DNA from: an uncultured Gemmatimonadaceae bacterium
GTDB taxonomy: Bacteria; Gemmatimonadota; Gemmatimonadetes; Gemmatimonadales; Gemmatimonadaceae
Length of the DNA: 64,000 nt
Direction of reading: 5' to 3'
Assembly: GCA_963790305.1 (NCBI GenBank)
Contig: CAWBOC010000010.1
Coordinates: forward strand, 160,001 to 224,000
Shown here piece after piece: positions 29,778-37,952 of this stretch; the stretch's first letter is position 1, and each line of letters opens with the position of its first letter. A model generated the notes under the pieces. That model did not search any database and was not told the origin of the DNA. It saw nothing but the letters and a program-made list of their open reading frames with translations. A program made the position numbers and the translations under genes.

Positions 29778-30401
29778 TTACCGTTTCTTCTTCGCCTTGG
29801 CCGCGCCCTTCCTGGCTGCGGGCGCCTTCGATCGGACCGCGCTTCGTGGGGCGGCCACTTTCTTTGCGGGTCTTGCCGCTGCCTTGGTGGGTTTCGCGGC
29901 TTTGGCGGCAGGTTTGGGCGCAGTCGCCACGACGGGCGCTGCGTGCTTCTTTCCATCAGCGTCGGGACGCGCCGGTTCCTGACGAGGCAGTTCAGTGCGA
30001 ACGACCTCGGTCGGCCGCGGCTGCGTGGGGCGGGCCGGGACGGAGGCACGGCGCGGCCCCTGCGACTCTTCGACCTCGCGAATCAGCTTGTCCGCTTCAT
30101 CTTGCGTCATCTGGCCGCGGCGCACCATGTACTGGACCAGATCTCGCGCGCTTTCGAGCGCGAAGCCCGTGAGGCCGGCGGCGGCGCCAATGACATCCTT
30201 CATGGCCGCGGCGATCTTGCTGCCAGCCTCGAGCGAGATCTCCTGGGCGCGTGCAGCCATTTCGGCGACAGTATCGCGCACGTCGGCGCCGCGATGGCCT
30301 GGCCGACGGGGAGGCGTTACGGTCGCCGTTCCAGAGGGCGTAGCGGTGGCGGTGGTTGCTTCGGCAGGCTTGATGTCGCTGCCCGGTGCCTTATCGACCA
30401 T
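29778..30401 (-). CDS. Phasin-like protein with a histone-H1-like Lys/Ala/Pro tail (PhaF-like architecture)
   Basis: Helical core 'DLVQYMVRRGQMTQDEADKLI' and C-terminal 'KPAAKAAKP...KAKKKR'. Confidence 0.55.
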   Translation of the reverse strand: MVDKAPGSDIKPAEATTATATPSGTATVTPPRRPGHRGADVRDTVAEMAARAQEISLEAGSKIAAAMKDVIGAAAGLTGFALESARDLVQYMVRRGQMTQDEADKLIREVEESQGPRRASVPARPTQPRPTEVVRTELPRQEPARPDADGKKHAAPVVATAPKPAAKAAKPTKAAARPAKKVAAPRSAVRSKAPAARKGAAKAKKKR

Positions 30402-30592
30402 GTTGAGCAATCTCGATTGTGGGCGCTGAGCCCCTCATTGAACGAGGCGAGCGACTGCGCTACCTTCGCGCGCGTTCTGCCCCGTGTACGTCGGTAAGTA
30501 TATGATTTTTCGTGTCATATGCAAGGTGGTACAGGCCCGTACCATGAAAGACGAATGCAGGCGCTTTAGCAACACAACCACGACATTTATAT

Positions 30593-31717
30593 GTGAGTAT
30601 AACGCCACAAGTGCTTGACGGCGTCCGAATTCTCGATCTAACGCGTGTCCTCGCTGGGCCCGTCTGCACCATGATGCTCGGCGACCTCGGAGCCGACGTC
30701 ATCAAGGTCGAGCGGCCGGACGGAGGCGACGAGACGCGCGGCTGGGGACCCCCCTTCGACGACCGCGGAGAAAGCGCCTACTTCCTCAGCGTCAACCGAA
30801 ACAAGCTGGGCCTCGCGGCCGACTTCGATATCCCCGGCGATCGCGATCTCGTCCACCGGCTGGTCGCTGAGGCGGACGTGGTCGTCGAGAACTTTCGCCC
30901 TGGGACGCTCGAGCGCCGGTCTCTCGGACACAAGCGGATCCGCGGCAAGCACCCCGCGCTCATCTGGTGCACGATCACCGGATTCGGACCGGACAGCGAG
31001 CGCCCGGGATACGACTACGTCGTGCAGGCCGAGCGAGGCTGGATGGCCATCACCGGCGAGAGCGAGGGTCCGCCGATGAAGGTGGGTGTCGCCCTCGCCG
31101 ACGTCATCGCGGGAAAGGATGCCGCCATCGCGATCCTCGGCGCGCTCGTCTCGCGAGGGATGACCGGGTTGGGCCGCCACGTTTCGATCTCACTCGCCCG
31201 CAGCGCGGCGGCGGCACTGGTGAATGTCGCCCAGAATTCGCTCATCACCGGGGAGGACGCATCGCGCTGGGGAAATGCCCACCCGAACCTCGTTCCCTAT
31301 GAGCTGTTCGAGGCTGCGGACCGCCCCATCGTCATCGCCTGTGGAAGTGACGCGCAGTGGACAGCCTGCGTGCGCGCGCTCGATCTCTCCGCACTCGCCG
31401 CGGACCCGACGCTCTCGACGAATGCGGGGCGTCTCGCACAGCGACAGCGAGTCGTCAAGGAAATCTCTGGTCGCGTACGTCAGCTCACTGCCGGCGACTG
31501 GGTGCGACGACTCGATGCGGCGGGCGTCCCAAACGGAGTGGTGAAGTCCGTCCTCGAGACGTTGCGCGAAGAGCCATCGTCTCCATTGACCGGCGTCGCT
31601 CCCAGTATTCCGGGCTCCATCCGACTACCCCCGCCGCGCCTCGACGAGCATGGAGCCCTCGTGCGGGAGAAGGGTTGGGGGGCGTTCGGACAAGTAAAGG
31701 CGCTGGAAAAGCGCTGA
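30593..31717 (+). CDS. CaiB/BaiF family (class III) CoA-transferase
   Basis: 'LDLTRVLAGP', 'LGADVIKVERP', 'NRNK', 'ADVVVENFRPG', 'PGYDYVVQA'. Confidence 0.93.
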   Translation: MSITPQVLDGVRILDLTRVLAGPVCTMMLGDLGADVIKVERPDGGDETRGWGPPFDDRGESAYFLSVNRNKLGLAADFDIPGDRDLVHRLVAEADVVVENFRPGTLERRSLGHKRIRGKHPALIWCTITGFGPDSERPGYDYVVQAERGWMAITGESEGPPMKVGVALADVIAGKDAAIAILGALVSRGMTGLGRHVSISLARSAAAALVNVAQNSLITGEDASRWGNAHPNLVPYELFEAADRPIVIACGSDAQWTACVRALDLSALAADPTLSTNAGRLAQRQRVVKEISGRVRQLTAGDWVRRLDAAGVPNGVVKSVLETLREEPSSPLTGVAPSIPGSIRLPPPRLDEHGALVREKGWGAFGQVKALEKR

Positions 31718-31799
31718 GGGCGCTGAAGAAGCGCCGCGGTCTTCATTACGGCTCTTCCATCGCCTCCTAGCGCCCTCAGCGCTTTTCCAGCTCTTACTT
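31692..31799. repeat. Inverted array of 9/10-nt GGCGCT-containing repeats
   Basis: aagtaaaggcgctggaaaagcgctgagggcgctg ... cctagcgccctcagcgcttttccagctcttactt; left arm contains the CoA-transferase stop. Confidence 0.85.
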
Positions 31800-31805
31800 T
31801 TTCTC

Positions 31806-32912
31806 ATGCGCTACATCGGAAACAAAACTCGCCTGCTCAGCTTCATCACCTCGGCGATCGATCGCCTGGGGATTCGGAGCGGGACGGCGCATGATGCGTT
31901 CGCGGGCACGTCGGCGGTTGGGCGTGCGCTGAAGGAGCGCGGCTGGCGCGTGGCATCCAGCGACCTCATGACGTACTCGTACGTCTTTCAGCGAGCGTAC
32001 GTCGTTGCGCAGCGGGAGCCATCGATCGCCGAGGTGCGCGCGGCCGACCCTGATCTGCGTAGCGCGCTGCGATCGACGCGATTTCGCGCGCGCGCGGCGG
32101 CGCGCAATGGCTCCGCACTCGGTGTGGTAGCAGAATATCTGGAGTATTGGCTCGACGCGCAGCCGGGATTCTTTGCGGCGCACTTCGCGGGCGAGCGCAT
32201 GTACTTCACGCCCGAGAACGCGCAGCGGATCGATGCCGTGCGAACGACCTTGCACCGATGGCATGACGCCGGGCTCCTCGGGGACGATGCCTACTATCTA
32301 CTCCTGGCAGCCCTGATCGAAGGCGCCGATCGCGTCGCCAACACCGCGGGGGTGTACGCGGCTTACATTAAGAGCTGGCAGCCCAACGCCGCAAAACCGC
32401 TTCGGCTGACCCCCATACATCCAATGAAAGGGGTTCCAGGCTCTTCGGCGCATCGCGGGGATGCGGTGGAGGTCGCGCAGAAGCTCGGATCCGTCGACCT
32501 CCTGTACGTCGACCCTCCGTACAACAGCCGGCAGTACCCCGGGTATTATCACGTCCCCGAGCTGATCGCGCGCGGATGGAGCGAGACCGTTCCCACCCTT
32601 CGGGGGAAGACCGGGTTGCTTCCTGCTGACGGACAGCGAAGCGCGTGGTGTTCGGCCCGCCGTGTGCGTCAAGCGTTACGAGAGCTTCTGGAGGCCACTG
32701 GAGCGCGTCACGTCCTCGTCAGCTATAACTCCGAGGGATTGCTTCCCGAGAAGGTGCTGAAGGAGACGTTGCGGGAGGCGTCGGTGGACGGGCGCGTAGT
32801 GTGCTTCCGGAAGACGTACCGTAGATATCGGGCAGACAGCGACCGGGACGGCAGGCGGTATCGGGCGGATGGGCTTCGGGAATTGCTCGTTTATGCTCGG
32901 TTACGCAGTTAG
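31806..32912 (+). CDS. N6-adenine DNA methyltransferase (D12/FokI-like class), orphan
   Basis: 'MRYIGNKTRLL', motif I 'DAFAGTSAV', motif IV 'LYVDPPYN', 'LVSYNSEG'. Confidence 0.9.
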   Translation: MRYIGNKTRLLSFITSAIDRLGIRSGTAHDAFAGTSAVGRALKERGWRVASSDLMTYSYVFQRAYVVAQREPSIAEVRAADPDLRSALRSTRFRARAAARNGSALGVVAEYLEYWLDAQPGFFAAHFAGERMYFTPENAQRIDAVRTTLHRWHDAGLLGDDAYYLLLAALIEGADRVANTAGVYAAYIKSWQPNAAKPLRLTPIHPMKGVPGSSAHRGDAVEVAQKLGSVDLLYVDPPYNSRQYPGYYHVPELIARGWSETVPTLRGKTGLLPADGQRSAWCSARRVRQALRELLEATGARHVLVSYNSEGLLPEKVLKETLREASVDGRVVCFRKTYRRYRADSDRDGRRYRADGLRELLVYARLRS

Positions 32913-33033
32913 TGATAGTTTTGTTACGCGGCGTGATACCGGTCGTCTGTAGGGCATGGCAGCCACCATTGTACTCCGAGCACCCGGATCAAAAGCACTA
33001 CCCGGGGCGACGGAGAGGGATTACACTAGCGAC

Positions 33034-33606
33034 GTGAAGAGCACAGCGGCGACGCCGGTTTCCCCCGTCGATCAGCTTCAGGCGGATCAGGAAGTCATTG
33101 CGCGCGTGCTGGCCGGCGATCGGGATGCATTCTCCCTCCTGATCGGACGCTACAGCGATCCCCTCTATCGGCATGCGCTCGGTATGACGGGGAGTCCGGA
33201 CGTAGCGGAGGATATCCTCCAATCGTCTTTTATCAAAGCGTATCAACACCTCGCCGAGGTGCATGGTCGCTTCGATGCCTGGATCTTCCGCATCGTTGCA
33301 AACGGCTGCAAGGACTGGCTGAAGAACATCCGCCGAACGCATTTGAGCTACGAGGAAGATGATCAACCCTCGTCGTTCGCGACGCCGGATGAAGAGCTGG
33401 ACCGTTCGGAGCTGCGCAGTGATCTGGATCGTGCGCTATCGGCGCTCGCACCGTCGCTGCGGGAAGCGTTCGTGATGAAGCATGTCGAAGGCCGCTCGTA
33501 CGAAGAGATGGCCGACCTATTGGGAACCACCGTTGGGGCGCTGAAAATGCGCGTGCACCGCGCGCGTGAGGCTCTCCAAGTCCTCCTGGAGGAGAAGTAC
33601 GCCTGA
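33034..33606 (+). CDS. ECF RNA polymerase sigma factor
   Basis: 'AEDILQSSFIKAY', 'FDAWIFRIVAN', region 4 'LREAFVMKHVEGRSYEEMA..LG..VGALKMRVHRAR'. Confidence 0.93.
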   Translation: MKSTAATPVSPVDQLQADQEVIARVLAGDRDAFSLLIGRYSDPLYRHALGMTGSPDVAEDILQSSFIKAYQHLAEVHGRFDAWIFRIVANGCKDWLKNIRRTHLSYEEDDQPSSFATPDEELDRSELRSDLDRALSALAPSLREAFVMKHVEGRSYEEMADLLGTTVGALKMRVHRAREALQVLLEEKYA

Positions 33607-34025
33607 TGCTCGACGACCTGAATCCCCGAGAGGGCCGCAGCGAGCCCGGCCGCGATCGTCCGCGGTCCGTTCCTTCGCGCCCGTTTGCCGACCGTGAAGT
33701 TCCGCGGGGGACTCGCCGTACGCCTCAGACCGTGCAGGCGTGGCTGGATGGCGATCTTCCCGAAGCCGCCGTGCGCCGTGGCGACACCGCGCGTGATGTG
33801 GACTTCTGGCGCCGTATCGAGACGGAAGTCGACCAGCGCCGCCGCATGAAGACGCCCGTCTACGTGCAGGATCGTATCATGCAGGCGCTGCCGCAGGCAA
33901 CGCCGCGAGTGATCACGCCGTTCTGGCGCCGCCAGTTCGCGGTCACTCCGACCATGGCCGTTGCCGTGGGTGCCGCGATTCTCGCACTCGGCGTTCTGAT
34001 CACGTCGCTGCTGCTCGCGCGGTAA
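33606..34025 (+). CDS. Putative anti-sigma factor (single C-terminal TM)
   Basis: TGATG overlap with the ECF gene; 'VQAWLDGDL' resembles anti-sigma N-domains; C-terminal TM helix. Confidence 0.65.
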   Translation: MLDDLNPREGRSEPGRDRPRSVPSRPFADREVPRGTRRTPQTVQAWLDGDLPEAAVRRGDTARDVDFWRRIETEVDQRRRMKTPVYVQDRIMQALPQATPRVITPFWRRQFAVTPTMAVAVGAAILALGVLITSLLLAR

Positions 34026-34058
34026 GCAGTCCCGGCTGTCACCGCGTAGCTCACACAG

Positions 34059-34097
34059 AAGGACCAGCTCTCCTAACGGGGGAGCTGGTCCTTTTTT
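34059..34097 (+). terminator. Intrinsic terminator
   Basis: aaggaccagctctcc-taac-gggggagctggtcctt followed by a T-run. Confidence 0.85.
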
Positions 34098-34507
34098 CAG
34101 GGCGTAGCGACCGCTCGAACGATCGCGCGCGCGGAGGAGCTCGACTCCACGGCGCCATGGGCATTGGCAAGCTCCCGCACCTCGGCCCGCAGCGGCTCCA
34201 GGCCGGCGGGCCGCCGGACGATCAGCACGTCCACGCTCTCCGATAACGGACCGACGACGACGACGGTCGCGGAGCTCGTGCCGTCCGCGACCCAGGCGAC
34301 ATCAAGCCCGGTTCCCGCCGACTCGACCTGGCTGATCGCGCCGATGAGCTCAAGCACAGCGCCGGCGTCGCTCCCGCCCAGTCCGATGAGCGCCACCCGC
34401 ACGGTCTCGGCGGTTTCGTTAGGCGCTGTCGGAGCATCGCCGCCGCAGGCCAGGCCGAATGTGACGAGGGCGAGAGCGACGTAGCGGTGCCCGCGAGGGC
34501 GCGTCAT
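34097..34507 (-). CDS. Small beta-rich lipoprotein
   Basis: Lipobox 'FGLAC'; ATGA overlap with the M6 protease stop. Confidence 0.7.
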   Translation of the reverse strand: MTRPRGHRYVALALVTFGLACGGDAPTAPNETAETVRVALIGLGGSDAGAVLELIGAISQVESAGTGLDVAWVADGTSSATVVVVGPLSESVDVLIVRRPAGLEPLRAEVRELANAHGAVESSSSARAIVRAVATP

Positions 34508-36345
34508 GGCGAGCTGGAGGCGTCCGTCACGCTCGTCTCGAGCATTTGCCGGAAGCGCACGACATCGCCGACGTCGAGACGCCCATTCCGGTTGCCAACG
34601 AGATCGAGCGCCCGGCGCCGTATTTCATCGAGCGACGAAGGATCCGCGACGCCACGAAGCGCCTGCTGTGTCGTGAGCGACGGCATGGTCACCCGCAACT
34701 CGAGCTCGGCGACACTCTTGCTCGCCTTGGCGTCCCGAACCTCCACCGCGATGCGCGCGCTGATGAGATCCTCCGGCGCACCCTGTATCACGCCGCCGGC
34801 AGTCAGGGTCAGCCCGCGAGGGAGGGCATCCAGCGCGCGCCACTGGTACGGCGGGGAGCCGCCGCTGGCTTGAAGTGCATGAGCGAATGCCGTTTGCCCG
34901 AGGGAGGCGTTGACGGTCGTCGTCGCCGCCGCGATCACCGGTGCCGTGACGGTGAACGTCACGTCGAAGCTCACTCGGTCCCCAGCGATGGTGATTCCAT
35001 CAATGCGCACGCCGCTCGGACTCCCCTCGCTGGTGCGCAGCCAGGGCTTCGACGAATCCGAAAGCGCCACGACCAGTGACGAGCCGGGGAACGGATCGCC
35101 GACGTCGCCAACGTTCGTGCGCGCGGCGAGGTCATCCCGGCCGTCCGCCTGCACGACGCGCACGGCTGGGTGCGCCTCGTCGTCGTTCACGCCCCAGAAC
35201 CGAGATTCCAGCACCGCGTCATTCACATGCCATACGACGAGACCGATACCTGGTGCGGACGCGTCGGCTCCTACGGCGGCGCGATACTCGAGCAGCACGT
35301 GCTCGCGTCCCCCGTTGAGGTTGATGCGAACAATGTCACCTTCGCGCCCCACGGGGCTCAACTCGACGCGCGACGACGTCGACACGTGACGCACCGTCGC
35401 CCAGCCGAGGCGCTCGCGCGCCCAGGCGCCGAAATGCGGAGGTCGCGCGGGCGGCGCCGCCCAGATCCCCATCACATCCCATCCGCCCACGCCGAACGAG
35501 CTGCCATCGTAGTCGTAGAGATCCGGAAGCCCCAGCACGTGTCCGATCTCGTGAATCGGAATGTTGACGCGCGTCGGCATGATCTCATCGCCCTGACAAG
35601 CGACAGCAAATGCGCCGACGAAATCGTCGATCACGATCGGTGTTCCGTCGGCCCCCATCACGCTCGTCACGTACGGCTGCCCGTTCCACCCCGGAAGGAG
35701 GCTCAGCCGATATCCCGTTTCGCGGAAGCCGCGGAGGCTGTCTGGCCCGCAGCCGTATTCGGAACCGGGCTGGAGCAGCACCGCAATGTCGACCGCGCCG
35801 TCATCGTCGCCGGAGTTCGGGACGCCGTCCGCCCCATCGTTGTCATAGTGTCGCCAATCGACAATGCCTTCGGCGCGCTGGAGTAGATCGCGCGCGAACT
35901 CGCCGTAGCGCTGCCAGACTCCGGCCGCATCACCGTCGATGTACGATGCCCGCGTGCGCGGGAGTCGAATCCAGGGAGTCGTCGTTCCGGTGAACGTCAG
36001 CGCGCCTAACGATACCTCGCGATAGTACCGCGCCACCGAGTAGGGGCCGACGCCGGCGTGTGCCCCGAAATAGGCGCTGTCGTAGACGGCGCGGTCGTAC
36101 TTGGGGGTGACGTCGGCGAAGGTGCCGGCGATGACCGGCATGCCGAGGGTGCCGCGTAGCGGACGGCGGGCGGCGAGGCCTCGAACCGAGGTGTTCGAGG
36201 GTGAAAGTGGCAGGTCGCGACGGTCGTGGGCGACCACGCCTCGCCCCAGCTGGGCGTGGGCGGGGGCGGCCACGGAGGCAATGACGCACAGACTCCAGGC
36301 TATCGCCCGAAGACGAGCTAACGATGAGATCGGCGACCGGCTCAT
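34504..36345 (-). CDS. M6 (immune inhibitor A-like) metalloprotease with putative Ig domain and C-terminal Ca-loop/dockerin-like motif
   Basis: Signal peptide; 'YYREVSLG', 'YDNDG.DG..NSGDDDG.VD', zinc motif 'HEIGHVLGLPDLYD', 'GGWDVM'; 'ASGGSPPYQW..LPRGL' Ig; 'LDLVGNRNGRLDVGD'. Confidence 0.88.
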   Translation of the reverse strand: MSRSPISSLARLRAIAWSLCVIASVAAPAHAQLGRGVVAHDRRDLPLSPSNTSVRGLAARRPLRGTLGMPVIAGTFADVTPKYDRAVYDSAYFGAHAGVGPYSVARYYREVSLGALTFTGTTTPWIRLPRTRASYIDGDAAGVWQRYGEFARDLLQRAEGIVDWRHYDNDGADGVPNSGDDDGAVDIAVLLQPGSEYGCGPDSLRGFRETGYRLSLLPGWNGQPYVTSVMGADGTPIVIDDFVGAFAVACQGDEIMPTRVNIPIHEIGHVLGLPDLYDYDGSSFGVGGWDVMGIWAAPPARPPHFGAWARERLGWATVRHVSTSSRVELSPVGREGDIVRINLNGGREHVLLEYRAAVGADASAPGIGLVVWHVNDAVLESRFWGVNDDEAHPAVRVVQADGRDDLAARTNVGDVGDPFPGSSLVVALSDSSKPWLRTSEGSPSGVRIDGITIAGDRVSFDVTFTVTAPVIAAATTTVNASLGQTAFAHALQASGGSPPYQWRALDALPRGLTLTAGGVIQGAPEDLISARIAVEVRDAKASKSVAELELRVTMPSLTTQQALRGVADPSSLDEIRRRALDLVGNRNGRLDVGDVVRFRQMLETSVTDASSSP

Positions 36346-36526
36346 AATCGAGGGGCACCCCGAGCACGTTCCAGACCCGGTTCGAGCCGGTCATCACCGC
36401 ATTCAAGTGATTGTCCTTTCTACACTTGCATGGGTGACAGAGCACGGCGGTTTGGAGGGACTGTTGCCTGGCCGCCACACAGTTGCGGGCTGTGTAGCGC
36501 CGTGCCGCCACGAGTGCGGGAGAGTC

Positions 36527-37024
36527 CTAGGTGCTGGGTAGGTCCCGGCGCAGGAGCAACAGACCCACGTCGTCGCGCACGTATTCGCTCACTCGCCCCT
36601 CCTCCCGGAAGCCGGTGCGCTGAGCCAGCGCGAGGCCGGAAGCCAGAGAGGGCTCCTCCGGAAGCTCGATGACCGCGAAGCGTGAGCCTCGCGCGTGAAG
36701 GTCGGCACACGCCGCCTCCATGAGCGCGGTCGCGATGCCGCGACGACGTGCGGTTGCGTCGACGGCGACGAAGTAGACGCGTCCCGCGCCGTGGGCTCCC
36801 GCGATCTCGCCGAACACGATGAATCCGACGATCGCCTGCCCCTCGTGCGCAACAATGCCGCGATACTCATCGCTCGCGGACATCAATGCCTCCTCGAGTG
36901 ACGCGAGCATCGCTTCACCGAAGGGCGCGCCGCCGAGCCCGGCATCGGCGAGCGCTCGAGCAGCCGTGGCATCCGGGGCGGCGAGAGGACGAAGCGTGAC
37001 TGACACTGGCGTGGCGGGAACCAT
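36527..37024 (-). CDS. GNAT-family N-acetyltransferase
   Basis: 'VYFVAVDATARRRGIATALM', 'RTGFREEGRV'. Confidence 0.82.
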   Translation of the reverse strand: MVPATPVSVTLRPLAAPDATAARALADAGLGGAPFGEAMLASLEEALMSASDEYRGIVAHEGQAIVGFIVFGEIAGAHGAGRVYFVAVDATARRRGIATALMEAACADLHARGSRFAVIELPEEPSLASGLALAQRTGFREEGRVSEYVRDDVGLLLLRRDLPST

Positions 37025-37219
37025 GGAACCTGGGAACAGCGTCGCGCAAGTGAGACACCGCGCGTCCGATTGCTTGGACACCGCGCGGTGCGACGCGTTC
37101 GCCGCGCGACGCGCATCGCGAGCAGCGCGAACAGGATACGCGTACGACTCGCTCGCCGCACGTGACGGTCCCATCCATGCCTTGGTTGGGAATAGACTTT
37201 TTCGCCCTCGGGAGGCTCC

Positions 37220-37834
37220 ATGATTCGACATCTCGTTCTTTCGCTGGCTGCCGCCGGTGCCCTGGTCGGGCGCAGCGCGTTCGCGCAAACGTCCCCCCGG
37301 ATCGAAGTCACGCCCTACGCCGGCTACATGGTGTTCGGCGATTTCGTGAAGGGACCGCTCGGCACCTCGATCTCCAACGCTGGCGGTGCGCTCCTCGGCG
37401 CCCAGCTCGGCGTCGCGATCACGCCTAACGTGGCGCTCGTCGGGAACGCGGCGCGCGCGAGCGGCGACATCAACATCGGCATTCCGTTCCTCGATGGGAT
37501 CAGCGTCGGGTCGAGCTCTGCCTGGATGTTCGATGGTGCGCTGCAGCTGTCGCTGCCGCTTCCCGAGCGTGCGATTGCCTTCACCCCGTTCGTGCAGCTG
37601 GGCGCGGGGGCGATGCATCACGAAGTGAAGATCGGTCTCTCCACCAATGCCACGAATTTCGTGGGCACCGTCGGTGCCGGGGCTGACTTCGGTCTCACGC
37701 GATCCATCGGGCTGCGGTTGATGGCGAAGGACTACATCGGCCGCTTCAATGTCCGGGAAGCGACGACGCTGGACTACGAGCCGAAAGTCGCGCACAACTT
37801 CGGGTTCAGCGCGGGGTTGAAGGTCGCGTTCTAG
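37220..37834 (+). CDS. Outer-membrane beta-barrel protein (OmpA/OmpW-like small barrel)
   Basis: GGAGG RBS; signal peptide; alternating beta-strands; 'TPFVQLGAG'; terminal F. Confidence 0.8.
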   Translation: MIRHLVLSLAAAGALVGRSAFAQTSPRIEVTPYAGYMVFGDFVKGPLGTSISNAGGALLGAQLGVAITPNVALVGNAARASGDINIGIPFLDGISVGSSSAWMFDGALQLSLPLPERAIAFTPFVQLGAGAMHHEVKIGLSTNATNFVGTVGAGADFGLTRSIGLRLMAKDYIGRFNVREATTLDYEPKVAHNFGFSAGLKVAF

Positions 37835-37840
37835 GACGGC

Positions 37841-37937
37841 TGAGGGAGCAGGGAGGAGAAGTGGGGAAATCGAGTGAAGTGCTTCCCAATGTGGTGCACT
37901 TCAATCAATTTCCCCACTCCTCGTTTCTCGTTCCTCA
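37841..37937. repeat. Degenerate inverted heptamer array related to the 16463 element
   Basis: tgaggga gcaggga ggagaag tggggaa ..gaagtgc ... gcacttc.. tccccac tcctcgt ttctcgt tcctca; starts 7 nt after a stop. Confidence 0.75.
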
Positions 37938-37952
37938 TTGCTCTCCAGGCGC

